Of a stretch of 64,000 nt of DNA, positions 22,777 through 32,663 are shown in pieces. The notes beneath the pieces are model-generated. The model searched no databases. It was given only the letters and a program-made list of their open reading frames with translations, and was not told the DNA's origin. The stretch covers positions 1-64,000 of IMG/VR virus record IMGVR_UViG_3300005821_000002. One strand, 5' to 3'. The position numbers and the translations under genes were made by a program. Position 1 is the stretch's first letter. Each line of letters begins with the position of its first letter. Origin of the DNA: a virus.

Positions 22777-24082
22777 TGATTTCTTCTCCTCTCTTTAGAA
22801 TATCTTTAGCCCCATCCTCATCTAAACCAAGAAATTGAACGGCTATACCATATTTTTCTTCTACAATTTCTGCTAATTCTTTACACAATTTTCTTTGAAC
22901 ATCATCTTCAACAAGAATTTCTAAAAATCCATATGAAATAATTGCTATTAACATTTCACTCTCTGCAATTGAAATACCACCCTCAGTAATATTGGTATCA
23001 ATATTTACCATATATTCTGCTCCCCAAATTTCAGATGTTAGCATAGCTTGTCCGGATAATATTTTGGAAAGTTTAATTGGTTTATGTTCATTAAGAGTAT
23101 TATCATTAGATGGCTCTTCTTTTGCTAGTGTAATTTGTTTTTGTACAAGATTCTTAGCATTTTTGAGCATTTCACTAATGGAAGATGTCTCTGTTGAATT
23201 CTTTTCTAAATTTGTTTCCGGGTCCTTCTCCCAATTTTCCTCCAGATTTTTTACTACAAGTTCCTCAGCTTCTTTTTCTTCCTTTCTTATCTTCTTATCT
23301 TCTAATTCTTTCAAAATTAAATCCAATCTTCTTGTATTCATTAATTCAATATCAGTAGTTTTCCAACGAGTAGGAATTACTGGGATACATTTTGCTCTAT
23401 CAAAATCGTTATACAAAGTTCTTAATTGACTGGTAGTAATTGATCTTGTATCACCTATTATTTTTCTCAAAAACATAACAAGAGTAGCAAATCCCCAAAA
23501 AGATACTGGTTTTACTTCTCCATTTTGTTTTGGAACAAATTTATCACAATAATCTGCGAGAACTATTGTTCCCAAAACTCTCTCGGAATACATAGTAGGT
23601 GTCCTAAAAAGTTGATCACCTATTTTCCAGAATAAATCTGGACCACCTAATTCTATTCCATTAGTATCAAACCAATCACAATAAGTAGAAAAATTAAGTG
23701 GTTTCCATTCATCAGTTTCTATTCCAAGATATGTCCAAGGGTCTTTATAATCTCCTCTTCCCCCAAATAATTGATAATTTTTATCCAATAAAATAAACTT
23801 AAAACTATCTCCATATTTTTCGTGTGCTCTTACTAAAGATGATGCAATACATTTTTTCATATTATCTGTAGGAAAACTTGTTCCAGTATATACCTTTGTA
23901 TCATTAATCTGAATCTTACAAAGTTTAGCCTCAAATTCTACTAAAACTTTTGGATGATTATTTCCTGATAAAAAGGTAAGTTCTCCCCATTTAACTATGT
24001 CTGACATATCTGCTCCAATTCTAGCAGATACTTCCCAACTTATTTTATTCCATTGAATTTCTAGCTTTTTAATGTCTGTCAT
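22763..24082 (-). CDS. Hypothetical protein (439 aa)
   Basis: Long ORF translationally coupled within the operon. Confidence 0.7.
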   Translation of the reverse strand: MTDIKKLEIQWNKISWEVSARIGADMSDIVKWGELTFLSGNNHPKVLVEFEAKLCKIQINDTKVYTGTSFPTDNMKKCIASSLVRAHEKYGDSFKFILLDKNYQLFGGRGDYKDPWTYLGIETDEWKPLNFSTYCDWFDTNGIELGGPDLFWKIGDQLFRTPTMYSERVLGTIVLADYCDKFVPKQNGEVKPVSFWGFATLVMFLRKIIGDTRSITTSQLRTLYNDFDRAKCIPVIPTRWKTTDIELMNTRRLDLILKELEDKKIRKEEKEAEELVVKNLEENWEKDPETNLEKNSTETSSISEMLKNAKNLVQKQITLAKEEPSNDNTLNEHKPIKLSKILSGQAMLTSEIWGAEYMVNIDTNITEGGISIAESEMLIAIISYGFLEILVEDDVQRKLCKELAEIVEEKYGIAVQFLGLDEDGAKDILKRGEEISAKS

Positions 24083-24884
24083 TTTCTAATCCTTTCCAGT
24101 CTAGGAATTTACGTCCTCGACTTGTAATTGTTATGTGACCTTTTTCTATTAGAAAAGGTTCTATTTCATTCTTAATTGTATCTTCATCTACTTTTATTGA
24201 CCTAGAAATCATCTTCAAACTTGCACTAATAACAGTTGAAATAAATTTTAGATAATCATTATCTATATCAGTATATCCTTGTGAATAAATTCCAATATCT
24301 TTGAACGCATTTTCTACACCAGAAATTGTAAAAGCATGTAATCCATTATCTAGCATAAATTTAATTCTACGAGTATAAACTTTTACTTTTCTCGGACTTC
24401 CTCTTGATCTTTTTGCAACTAAAATTGCCGTTGCTAAAGTCATGGCAAGTCCCAACTCTCTGGCATAATTTACTGCAATTTGTGCCAACTCTTCATCCGT
24501 ATAATCTCGTAGATTAAATGTAATACATCTGCTAGAAAATGGATCAGGTAAATCTCCAAAATCTGTTGTACAATATACCATTACATATTTTCCAGAGTCC
24601 ATAAATTCATAAAGTTGTTCAAAGTTTTTCATCATATGAATTTCGTCAATAATATGACAACGAATTGCTTCATAACCTTTCATACTGAAATTATTATCCG
24701 CTATTTGATAGCTATATCTTCCACAGACAAATTTACAGAATTCTTCTGCTAACATTGTTTTACCAGAACCTGCGGGTCCACGCATAATAATATTTACTGA
24801 TTCTTTTCTCCTACGTTTTACACTATTAGCAATAGCTTGTAATTCTCTTACTATTTTCTTTTGACCAATATATCCTTTAAACAT
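24069..24884 (-). CDS. ruvB: RuvB-like AAA+ ATPase
   Basis: YIGQ, GPAGSGKT, DEIH, RSRGSPR and C-terminal winged helix IEPFLI..G.I..T.RGR. Confidence 0.85.
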   Translation of the reverse strand: MFKGYIGQKKIVRELQAIANSVKRRRKESVNIIMRGPAGSGKTMLAEEFCKFVCGRYSYQIADNNFSMKGYEAIRCHIIDEIHMMKNFEQLYEFMDSGKYVMVYCTTDFGDLPDPFSSRCITFNLRDYTDEELAQIAVNYARELGLAMTLATAILVAKRSRGSPRKVKVYTRRIKFMLDNGLHAFTISGVENAFKDIGIYSQGYTDIDNDYLKFISTVISASLKMISRSIKVDEDTIKNEIEPFLIEKGHITITSRGRKFLDWKGLENDRH

Positions 24885-25636
24885 TATATATACTCCCTTA
24901 ACTCATTGGCATATATTCGCATAGTATTTGGGTTCAATCCTGGGGCAGTATTTATTTCCCAGATTATGTATTCTTTCTTTTCTTTATTCCATGCCATATC
25001 AATACCACCAAAAAATAACCCTAATTTACTAGAAATATTCACTGCTAATTCTTGTGCTTTTTGATATTTATTATTCAGTGTCTCATCCAATCTTAATGAG
25101 TAATGAAATCCATGTCTAGAAGTTCTAATCATTTCCCCACGTTCTATATGTCCAGGTTTTACTTTCTTAAAAATTCGCACAATTTTACTATTGATAACAT
25201 GGACTCGTAATTCAGAAGATGTAGGCACAAAATCTACTACATATCTTTGGGCTAAAATATTACGACGAATTCTCATTAAATCTTGTTCACTTTTTATGAT
25301 GATAATATCTCGCCCTGCCATATGATATAAATTCCTTAGTAAGAAGGGATATTCTGGTAAATTATTCCAATCAAATCGGCTATAATATGGAACATTAAAT
25401 TCATTATCTTTCGCCCATCTTCCAAACCAATAAGAATTTGCACAAAGTCGGATAATTTCTGGAGAATTTATATTTGTATCCTTATAGAATTCTCCGTGAG
25501 AACATCCATATCTTATTATAGGATAACTTCTTTTTCTCTTTATTTGGTCAATATTTCTATTAAACGGAATTCTCAATAATCTCGCCAATTCTCTTGCAGT
25601 ACGAAAAGATTTAGGATGATATAAAAAGTGTCCCAT
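24884..25636 (-). CDS. ATP-grasp amidoligase (RimK/YheC-like)
   Basis: ELRVHV, GL.FGGID and WEINTAPG motifs. Confidence 0.85.
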   Translation of the reverse strand: MGHFLYHPKSFRTARELARLLRIPFNRNIDQIKRKRSYPIIRYGCSHGEFYKDTNINSPEIIRLCANSYWFGRWAKDNEFNVPYYSRFDWNNLPEYPFLLRNLYHMAGRDIIIIKSEQDLMRIRRNILAQRYVVDFVPTSSELRVHVINSKIVRIFKKVKPGHIERGEMIRTSRHGFHYSLRLDETLNNKYQKAQELAVNISSKLGLFFGGIDMAWNKEKKEYIIWEINTAPGLNPNTMRIYANELREYI

Positions 25637-25645
25637 AATTTTCTC

Positions 25646-26917
25646 CTAGTGATTTACTGCTACGGGTAATTTAACTTTCTTTGCCTTGCTTTTTATAAGT
25701 TTCTTTGACATCAATAAATACGGGAAAGAAATATCACTGTATTTATATCCTGCAAGTACATGAATTTTATTGTCTTTCAAAAATTCTCTCCAAACTTTAC
25801 GACGTCCCTCATAATCAAATTCAGAAAGTCTTACCATAATTTCCCGCAAATATTCTAATTGAACTTCAGTACAAACATGTAAACTATTTCCGAAAGCATA
25901 TTCTGCTAAAATCATTAATTCTGCCAAACCTGTTCCAGTATCTGTAGCAAGATCATAAAAATCTGAAAATCTTTTTGCATCATCATTTCGTTCACTAGAA
26001 TCTAAATAACCTTTATTAGGTGAAGCAATAGATTGAGAAACATTCCCAACTCTTGGGACGGGTTTTCGTACTACTACAGGTGGAGATGTTTGTTCAATAT
26101 CTTCAACGGCATCACCTATATTATAAGAATTTAAGTTATATTCATATATTTTCTCTTCTTCCAATATACTAATACCAATATGTACATTTAGATTATGAAA
26201 TTCCTTTGCAATACTCTTTACCATCTTTGACCAGAACATTAATTCATAAAGATTAGTATTTAAAACTAATCCAATTCTTTCACCATCTTGTTTCCCTGAA
26301 CAAAGTCTAGCCATATGTAGTGGTCTATCTTTTCCACGAACTACGAATACTTTTTTGGGTTGTTTTATATCATAAATTAATAGAGCAAAGGGACCGTGAA
26401 AGTATTCCATAGTTTTTATTATGTGTTCTTTTTCTAATTTATGTTTACCACAAACATGAGACAATAATACACAGAATTTTTCACTATCAATCATTGGCTC
26501 ATCTTTTGAATTAGCAGTTTCGAGTAATTTCTGCAATTTTTTATTATCTTCTAATTCAGCACTTTCAACCAATGTTCCATTATGTGCTAGAATAATATGC
26601 CCATGATGAAATGGGTGAGCATCCTCTTCAAAGATTGTAGTGATATTATTACTGGCTGCTCTTACATGATAAATTCCATTAGGATTTCGTACAGATTTTT
26701 GATATGATTCCCAATTTTCACCCCACCATTTTGCAGCACTTAATCCTGTCTTTATAATTTCGGGGGCTTTTGAAAATGTCATATATCCAAATCCATCCGT
26801 ATTTGATTGGGGACTAAATTTTACTATTGCTTGTTGGTTTAATTCCATCAAATTTCTGATGGTAGCTTTACCCAACTTTAACTTAGGATCAATATCTAAG
26901 AGTGTTAGTTGACACAT
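25646..26917 (-). CDS. Class II (Ntn) glutamine amidotransferase
   Basis: AAGGAG RBS before MCQL (N-terminal Cys); DGFG, HVRAAS, AHPF, AHNGTL, DSE. Confidence 0.88.
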   Translation of the reverse strand: MCQLTLLDIDPKLKLGKATIRNLMELNQQAIVKFSPQSNTDGFGYMTFSKAPEIIKTGLSAAKWWGENWESYQKSVRNPNGIYHVRAASNNITTIFEEDAHPFHHGHIILAHNGTLVESAELEDNKKLQKLLETANSKDEPMIDSEKFCVLLSHVCGKHKLEKEHIIKTMEYFHGPFALLIYDIKQPKKVFVVRGKDRPLHMARLCSGKQDGERIGLVLNTNLYELMFWSKMVKSIAKEFHNLNVHIGISILEEEKIYEYNLNSYNIGDAVEDIEQTSPPVVVRKPVPRVGNVSQSIASPNKGYLDSSERNDDAKRFSDFYDLATDTGTGLAELMILAEYAFGNSLHVCTEVQLEYLREIMVRLSEFDYEGRRKVWREFLKDNKIHVLAGYKYSDISFPYLLMSKKLIKSKAKKVKLPVAVNH

Positions 26918-26928
26918 ATCTTTCTCCT

Positions 26929-28431
26929 TTATTGAAAACGACAATCTGATAGTGGATTTCCGTCAAATAAATCATCTATGATAAGTTGTAAATTAAACCA
27001 TTGAAGTTCATGTAGTATTCTTACTTCTTCTTCTTCAATATCACGATTATATACCACAATCTTGACGGAATCCGGTGTTTCTCTTATTAAAGAAATATCG
27101 AATAATTCAGCATCCCATCTACAAATATAACCTAGTTGCATTCTATGTGTTGCTATTTCGTTAAGATTAGAAGTATTATTTTCACTTATTCTAATCTCTG
27201 GTCTCATTCTTGGTCCTTCTGCCACTAATCTTGGCGGTCCGCCAAGGAAACCTCCCAAACCCTCACCTAACCTAATATCAAGATTATTTGCATCATTTTC
27301 TTGAATTTGATGTATGTCTACAAATTCTGCATCTAAAATTTCTACATCACCCAATGATTTAGGTGCTCTTTTTGAGTCATTATATCTTGTTGGTTCTTTT
27401 AAATGAGTAAATCTCCAAAGATTATCAAACATTGGTGTAGGAGATTTTTCCCAAATATCTGCCAAAACATCTACTGTATCTTCATCCAATTTTGGATAAT
27501 AAGAAAGTGCCTCTATAAGTTCTTTAACAGAAATTTCTCTATTTTCATATAATGGTCTATAAAGTTTTTCATATGATTCATCATCCTTACAAGTAAAGGA
27601 TTTATCTACAATCGCCTTGCAAAAATTTGTCCATGCAATAATATACTCAGGATTTAGTGTCTTATTTGCAGTTCTAAATTCAAAAGAACCTTGTGTAAGA
27701 ATTGGAAAGAAGTTTACACACATATAACGCTGAGTTACATATCGTACATTATGTTGAGCATAATAAAGTGAGTCACCAAAATAATTGAAAAAATCTTCTT
27801 TACTTTCTGCATTTAACATTTTCTCTGGGTCGCAAATTGGAATATTTGATATTTTACCATTTCCCCATTTTTGAGCAATAACTGGGGGACCATTTCCTAA
27901 AAATGGTCTGCAAAAACAATAGTTATTTGATACACCTCTATTTATTCTTCCCATACCACCAAGTCTAAAAAGGATTGCCTCCAAGATTAGTGTAATTTTG
28001 AGAAGATTTTGTACAGCAAATAATGGTATAGATTGACTCACATTTACATGAACATGAAATGAGTCACGTTCTGAATTTTCATCTTCACCACATTGTTGTA
28101 AAACTTCAACTAAATCATAAATTTCTTTTATCCAATCTTTATGTCCAGAATGTCTGATTGGACTTACAACTTCTCCACCAATAACTGCTTTCCTAACAAT
28201 AGGTGCTAAAGTTTCTAAATCATCTTTTCCAGTAAATTCGATAGGTAAATCAGTATCAGCAAAGAATTCACGCATACTCTCACATGATGCGTCATGGACA
28301 AGTCTATAATTCCTTAAATTTTTATTTATTAAATTTTGTTGAAGTTTTTTTGAGCGGCGGTCTAAATTACTAAATTCTATTTCTATACCAACTGACTCTA
28401 TAATTTCATGATTCATCATTCTTTCTGGCAT
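26929..28431 (-). CDS. Putative amidoligase (COOH-NH2 ligase fold)
   Basis: VGIEIE, HDASC, EVVSP, FHVHV, RY.CVN, GSFEFR; AAGGAG RBS before MPERM. Confidence 0.85.
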   Translation of the reverse strand: MPERMMNHEIIESVGIEIEFSNLDRRSKKLQQNLINKNLRNYRLVHDASCESMREFFADTDLPIEFTGKDDLETLAPIVRKAVIGGEVVSPIRHSGHKDWIKEIYDLVEVLQQCGEDENSERDSFHVHVNVSQSIPLFAVQNLLKITLILEAILFRLGGMGRINRGVSNNYCFCRPFLGNGPPVIAQKWGNGKISNIPICDPEKMLNAESKEDFFNYFGDSLYYAQHNVRYVTQRYMCVNFFPILTQGSFEFRTANKTLNPEYIIAWTNFCKAIVDKSFTCKDDESYEKLYRPLYENREISVKELIEALSYYPKLDEDTVDVLADIWEKSPTPMFDNLWRFTHLKEPTRYNDSKRAPKSLGDVEILDAEFVDIHQIQENDANNLDIRLGEGLGGFLGGPPRLVAEGPRMRPEIRISENNTSNLNEIATHRMQLGYICRWDAELFDISLIRETPDSVKIVVYNRDIEEEEVRILHELQWFNLQLIIDDLFDGNPLSDCRFQ

Positions 28432-28501
28432 AAAGTTTACTCCTTTTTTAGATACTAAATCTTGTACAAACATTATCATGTACCAATTATATAATTTACT
28501 T

Positions 28502-28540
28502 AATAAAAAGAGCCCTGCGAGTCAAGCTTCCGCAGGGACC
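28502..28540 (-). terminator. Terminator-like hairpin in the operon leader
   Basis: GGTCCCTGCG..CGCAGGGCTC followed by TTTTTATT. Confidence 0.6.
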
Positions 28541-28549
28541 AACTATCTA

Positions 28550-28578
28550 ATTCTACCATACAATATATTAGGAGTCAA
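28550..28578 (-). promoter_or_regulatory. sigma70-type promoter upstream of the amidoligase operon
   Basis: TTGACT-17-TAGAAT with TG extended -10. Confidence 0.75.
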
Positions 28579-29505
28579 GGTCTTAATTGTTGAAAAACTA
28601 CCGAGATTGTATATACTAAATTCATTGAACCAGTTCTATATTCTTCGAACCCAAGATTCTATTATGGGGTGGGGTTTTGGTTCGGGGCTAAAAGGGTGAC
28701 CGCACCAGAACCATAGGTCCCTGGTTCCGTACTAAATAAGTCTCCGCACCCATACCACGGGTCGGGTACCTTATTCTTATCGTAACATTTTATTGCACGA
28801 TAACAAAAAAAATGTTACAGTAGAGGTACCACCACCACTGGGTCTATGTATACTGTTATTATGTAAAGTTGACTTTTCAAAAAAAGGTACCTAACGCAAA
28901 ACGGGGTACCGATATTATTGGGACAATGTTGATAAAATATGTCCGAATATAAAATAAAAAACAAATTACTTCCGAAAATTGAACTAACATTACCCCACAA
29001 CCTTTGTTCAGTATGTTTGACACAAAAACGATTGGGGTAACGGGTTCAATCTGTAAACTAAAATCCTAGATAGATGTAGAACTTTTGGTAATCTCTTCTA
29101 CTACCTTGAAATGTTTGTTCGTTAAGCCAAAGAAGCTACGATAATCAGGGCAGTGTAGAGTAACTTTAAATTCTATTGGTCTACCTTCATGTATATCATA
29201 CTCCGAAATAACCTGATTAGAAATCAGTTCTTTTCCACACTTGCTACAGTACTTAGGTAATTTAGTCATTGTTTTATCCTTTCAATCTAAACTATAGGTG
29301 TACTTTAATACTACTTGAATGCTCTGAATATAGCATCAGCAATAATGAGCCAACCTATAGAAGCAAATAGAGAGATGGTGATAAATATTACCTTTCCTAT
29401 CTTCTTCATTTTACTCTCCTAGCCCATGTAAATATTCCACGAACAACTACAATGATCACCACAGTTAGAAGCCCATCCAAAAAAGTTAGATTAATCCTCC
29501 TCATA

Positions 29506-31188
29506 TTATCCTCCTGTATTTAGTATCTGAAACAGCCTGCTTCCATCTCTATATATTGTAATTCCTTTACATCCTGATTCCCATGCCAATTCATATGCTT
29601 CCATTACATCCTTTACTGTTGCATCATTAGGCATATTGATAGTCTTACTCACTGCATTACACGTCCATTTCTGCCATGCAGCCTGCATCTTTATATGATC
29701 CTTCCAATGTATATCATGAGCAGTCTTTACGGTATGTGAAACTGCGGATTGTTCAAGAGTATCCGTAGCAGTGTTTCCAATGCCCTCAGTGATATTACGG
29801 CTATAATCATGGGCAAAAAAAGGCTCAATACCGCTATTGACATCGCTAACAAGAGATATACTACCAGTAGGAGCAATGCTTGTGACGGCAACATTTCTAA
29901 CTGGCTTCCTTTCTAATCCTAGATCGTCTATTAGTTTCCAATTTATATTGTCCCATTGAAACGCTGGAAATTCTCCACGTTCCTCTGCTAATTGCATGGA
30001 TGTTTCCCATGCTGTAGTCTGAATTGTCTTAGCTATCATATCTGCCAGAATGAATGCATCTTCATGATCGTATGGTATACCTACTTCTTCTAAAGCATCT
30101 GCCCACCCCATAACTCCTAACCCTATTCTACGAGTCATACGGACAGCTTCGTTGATTTCATCTACTGGTGTATCATTTAGTTCATGTACATTATCTAGAA
30201 ATCTTACAGCATACGCTACTACATCTTTTAAGTAGGCAAAGTCTACATACTTTCCATCTACAAATCTTTCTAAATTGATAGAGCCTAGACAACAAGCCTC
30301 ATAGGGTAACAGCGGAACTTCACCACATGGATTAGTTGCCTCTATCTCACCCAAGTAGGGCACCATGTTATCAGCATTAGCTCTGTCTAAAAAGAAAACA
30401 CCAGGGTCACCATTCAGCCATGCGTTCTCTGCTATTTCCTTAAGAATATTCATTGCTCTTTCACTGAGCAAATCAATGTCATACATAAATTCATCTGTAA
30501 TACCGACTGACATATTGAAGTGTGTCAACTGGTCATCGGCTAATGTCTTTCTCATTACGTCAAAGTATTTCTTACCATCCCTATCCAGATTATTTACATC
30601 CAAGTTTCTCATATACTCTTCAAACAATCTTTGATTACGGGTGTTCAATTCATTCTTAAAGTTTATAAACCCAAGAATATCAGGATGGTCTACGTTCATT
30701 ATACCCATCTGAGCACCACGTCTTGACGCTTGGGAGATTACCTCTCCAGTCTGGTCAAACAGACTCATGAAATCCAGAGGACCACTTGCCGTACCTCCAG
30801 TAGTAGAAACTGGTTCACCCCTACCTCTCAAATGAGAAAAGTTATATCCGATACCACCACCCCATGCAAAAATTTCCGCAGCTTTTCCTAGTGTATCATA
30901 GATACTCTGTTTACTATCCTCAATCGGAAGAACAAAACAGTTCATCAGATTTTTGATACCTGTACCAGCATTAGCTAATATTCTACCTCCTGGTACAAAG
31001 GTACGTTCTAACATAATCTTAGTAAAGTCAGCTAGATATTGTAGGCGATTACTCTCATTCAACTCAGCCTTAGATACATAATCGGCTACCCTTACACAAG
31101 TCTCACCCCACTCTTCTAGCCTTCCGTTAGCCCTTTCTTGGGCATACTTCATCTTGAAAATCTTGTCTGCATTAGTACTAAGTTCCAT
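29506..31188 (-). CDS. nrdJ: Class II (B12-dependent) ribonucleotide reductase, short form
   Basis: PGGRILAN, NCFV, RRGAQM, TNPCGE, APTGSIS, SKTIN, KGITIYRDG; no adjacent nrdB. Confidence 0.88.
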   Translation of the reverse strand: MELSTNADKIFKMKYAQERANGRLEEWGETCVRVADYVSKAELNESNRLQYLADFTKIMLERTFVPGGRILANAGTGIKNLMNCFVLPIEDSKQSIYDTLGKAAEIFAWGGGIGYNFSHLRGRGEPVSTTGGTASGPLDFMSLFDQTGEVISQASRRGAQMGIMNVDHPDILGFINFKNELNTRNQRLFEEYMRNLDVNNLDRDGKKYFDVMRKTLADDQLTHFNMSVGITDEFMYDIDLLSERAMNILKEIAENAWLNGDPGVFFLDRANADNMVPYLGEIEATNPCGEVPLLPYEACCLGSINLERFVDGKYVDFAYLKDVVAYAVRFLDNVHELNDTPVDEINEAVRMTRRIGLGVMGWADALEEVGIPYDHEDAFILADMIAKTIQTTAWETSMQLAEERGEFPAFQWDNINWKLIDDLGLERKPVRNVAVTSIAPTGSISLVSDVNSGIEPFFAHDYSRNITEGIGNTATDTLEQSAVSHTVKTAHDIHWKDHIKMQAAWQKWTCNAVSKTINMPNDATVKDVMEAYELAWESGCKGITIYRDGSRLFQILNTGG

Positions 31189-31517
31189 TATCGCTTGTCT
31201 CCACTACCACCGAGAACTTCTCTATCCCTTCTATCTGATAATTTATTTAGGTTATCTTGAGCGATGTCATTTAGACTCAGTCCTAATTCATCTGCTAATC
31301 TAGCAAGATACCAAAGAACATCTCCGATTTCTCCTGAGATAGCCTCGACAAACTCAAAGGTAAGCTGAAAATTATTGTCACGAATTAGTTTCTTTACTTT
31401 ACCCGCTACCTCACCGGCTTCATTGGTAAGACCAAGAGCAGTATATACAAGCCCATGTTCTTTAGGATAGATAGCGGTTTCTCCTGTTTTTGTCTGATAT
31501 TCTTCAAAGCTAGGCAT
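31188..31517 (-). CDS. MazG-like nucleotide pyrophosphohydrolase
   Basis: LGL..EAGEV.GKVKK, EIGDVLWY, GSGD.R. Confidence 0.9.
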   Translation of the reverse strand: MPSFEEYQTKTGETAIYPKEHGLVYTALGLTNEAGEVAGKVKKLIRDNNFQLTFEFVEAISGEIGDVLWYLARLADELGLSLNDIAQDNLNKLSDRRDREVLGGSGDKR

Positions 31518-31518
31518 T

Positions 31519-32082
31519 TTATTTCCTTGTTAGTATAGTTAGATATTCATACAACTCGATTAAATTTCCTATAATGATTGCCTCAAATGCTTTATAACTA
31601 TTATATGGCTGTGCCATTTGAAATACTTTTGTAACTTTTGGAAGAACTTCCAAGTACTTTGGTCTATCTTCCACAAAGTAATTACAGCCAACATCCTCTA
31701 CTACTTTTACTTTACCACCATTTCCATCAGCCATAATTAAATTATCTGCAAATGGAAATTCATTATCCTTCAACCACTTGGCTGTATCATAATGAAATCG
31801 TTCTGGTCTACTAGTAATATAGTAAATCTCAGCGTTGAAATCTTTTACTATATCATTTACAATACTAACATCTGATTTCTTTGCCTTGGCTGATACATAG
31901 GGTAACGTTTCGTTTACCAATGCTTTGACAATAGCAGTACCTTCGTTTCTGTGTACCCAACCATTAGGATACTTCCAGAACTCAATGAAAGAGATAGTAT
32001 TTGTACTGCGGTTGTTATACCACTTCCAAACCTCTTCGTGCCAAGGGTATAGCACTCCGTCTAAATCAAATCCTACTATCAT
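31519..32082 (-). CDS. HAD-family 5'(3')-deoxyribonucleotidase
   Basis: MIVGFDLDGV, ITSR, FVED, PYN. Confidence 0.85.
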   Translation of the reverse strand: MIVGFDLDGVLYPWHEEVWKWYNNRSTNTISFIEFWKYPNGWVHRNEGTAIVKALVNETLPYVSAKAKKSDVSIVNDIVKDFNAEIYYITSRPERFHYDTAKWLKDNEFPFADNLIMADGNGGKVKVVEDVGCNYFVEDRPKYLEVLPKVTKVFQMAQPYNSYKAFEAIIIGNLIELYEYLTILTRK

Positions 32083-32663
32083 TTTGGTTTTCCTCTCTTC
32101 GGAATTTCTCCGAACCTTAGTTGTCCATCTATTCCAAGTCCATGAGTAAACCATGCCACAGGAAACCACGAACCTGAACCTTCACCACTAGGCGTACGAA
32201 AATCTACACGCCTGTTGAACATGATAATACCTACTCCATGTTCCTTATATAGTGCCTGTCTCTTCAACCCCTCTAACGCACGTGGGGGTAGAAGAAAAGC
32301 AAATGGTTTACCCAACTCATATGCACGTAGAAGAAAGTCATCCTTGATAGAATATGGTGGGTTTGTTACAATGACATCCCAATGCTCTTTAGGCTTCCAT
32401 GTAAGGAAATCCTCACCAGTATTGATATCAGAACCAATAGTATTGAATCCCAGTTCTCTCAATCTCTTTGTTAGCCAACCCATCCCCTCTGCACACTCCC
32501 AAATTGTCCAACTCTTATTCAAATAAGGAAGCAATGGTAACAGTGCTATCGGTGGTGTCTGAAAATCATTAGGACTTCCACGCTTGGCTGGTAACGCCTT
32601 CTTTTTTATATGATCCATATTTGGTACTTGAAAATGTGTTATGTGTCCTTCTTTATCAGGCAT
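32079..32663 (-). CDS. Small amino-DNA methyltransferase-like protein
   Basis: DFQTPP, IWECAEG.G and VTNPPY motifs. Confidence 0.75.
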   Translation of the reverse strand: MPDKEGHITHFQVPNMDHIKKKALPAKRGSPNDFQTPPIALLPLLPYLNKSWTIWECAEGMGWLTKRLRELGFNTIGSDINTGEDFLTWKPKEHWDVIVTNPPYSIKDDFLLRAYELGKPFAFLLPPRALEGLKRQALYKEHGVGIIMFNRRVDFRTPSGEGSGSWFPVAWFTHGLGIDGQLRFGEIPKRGKPK

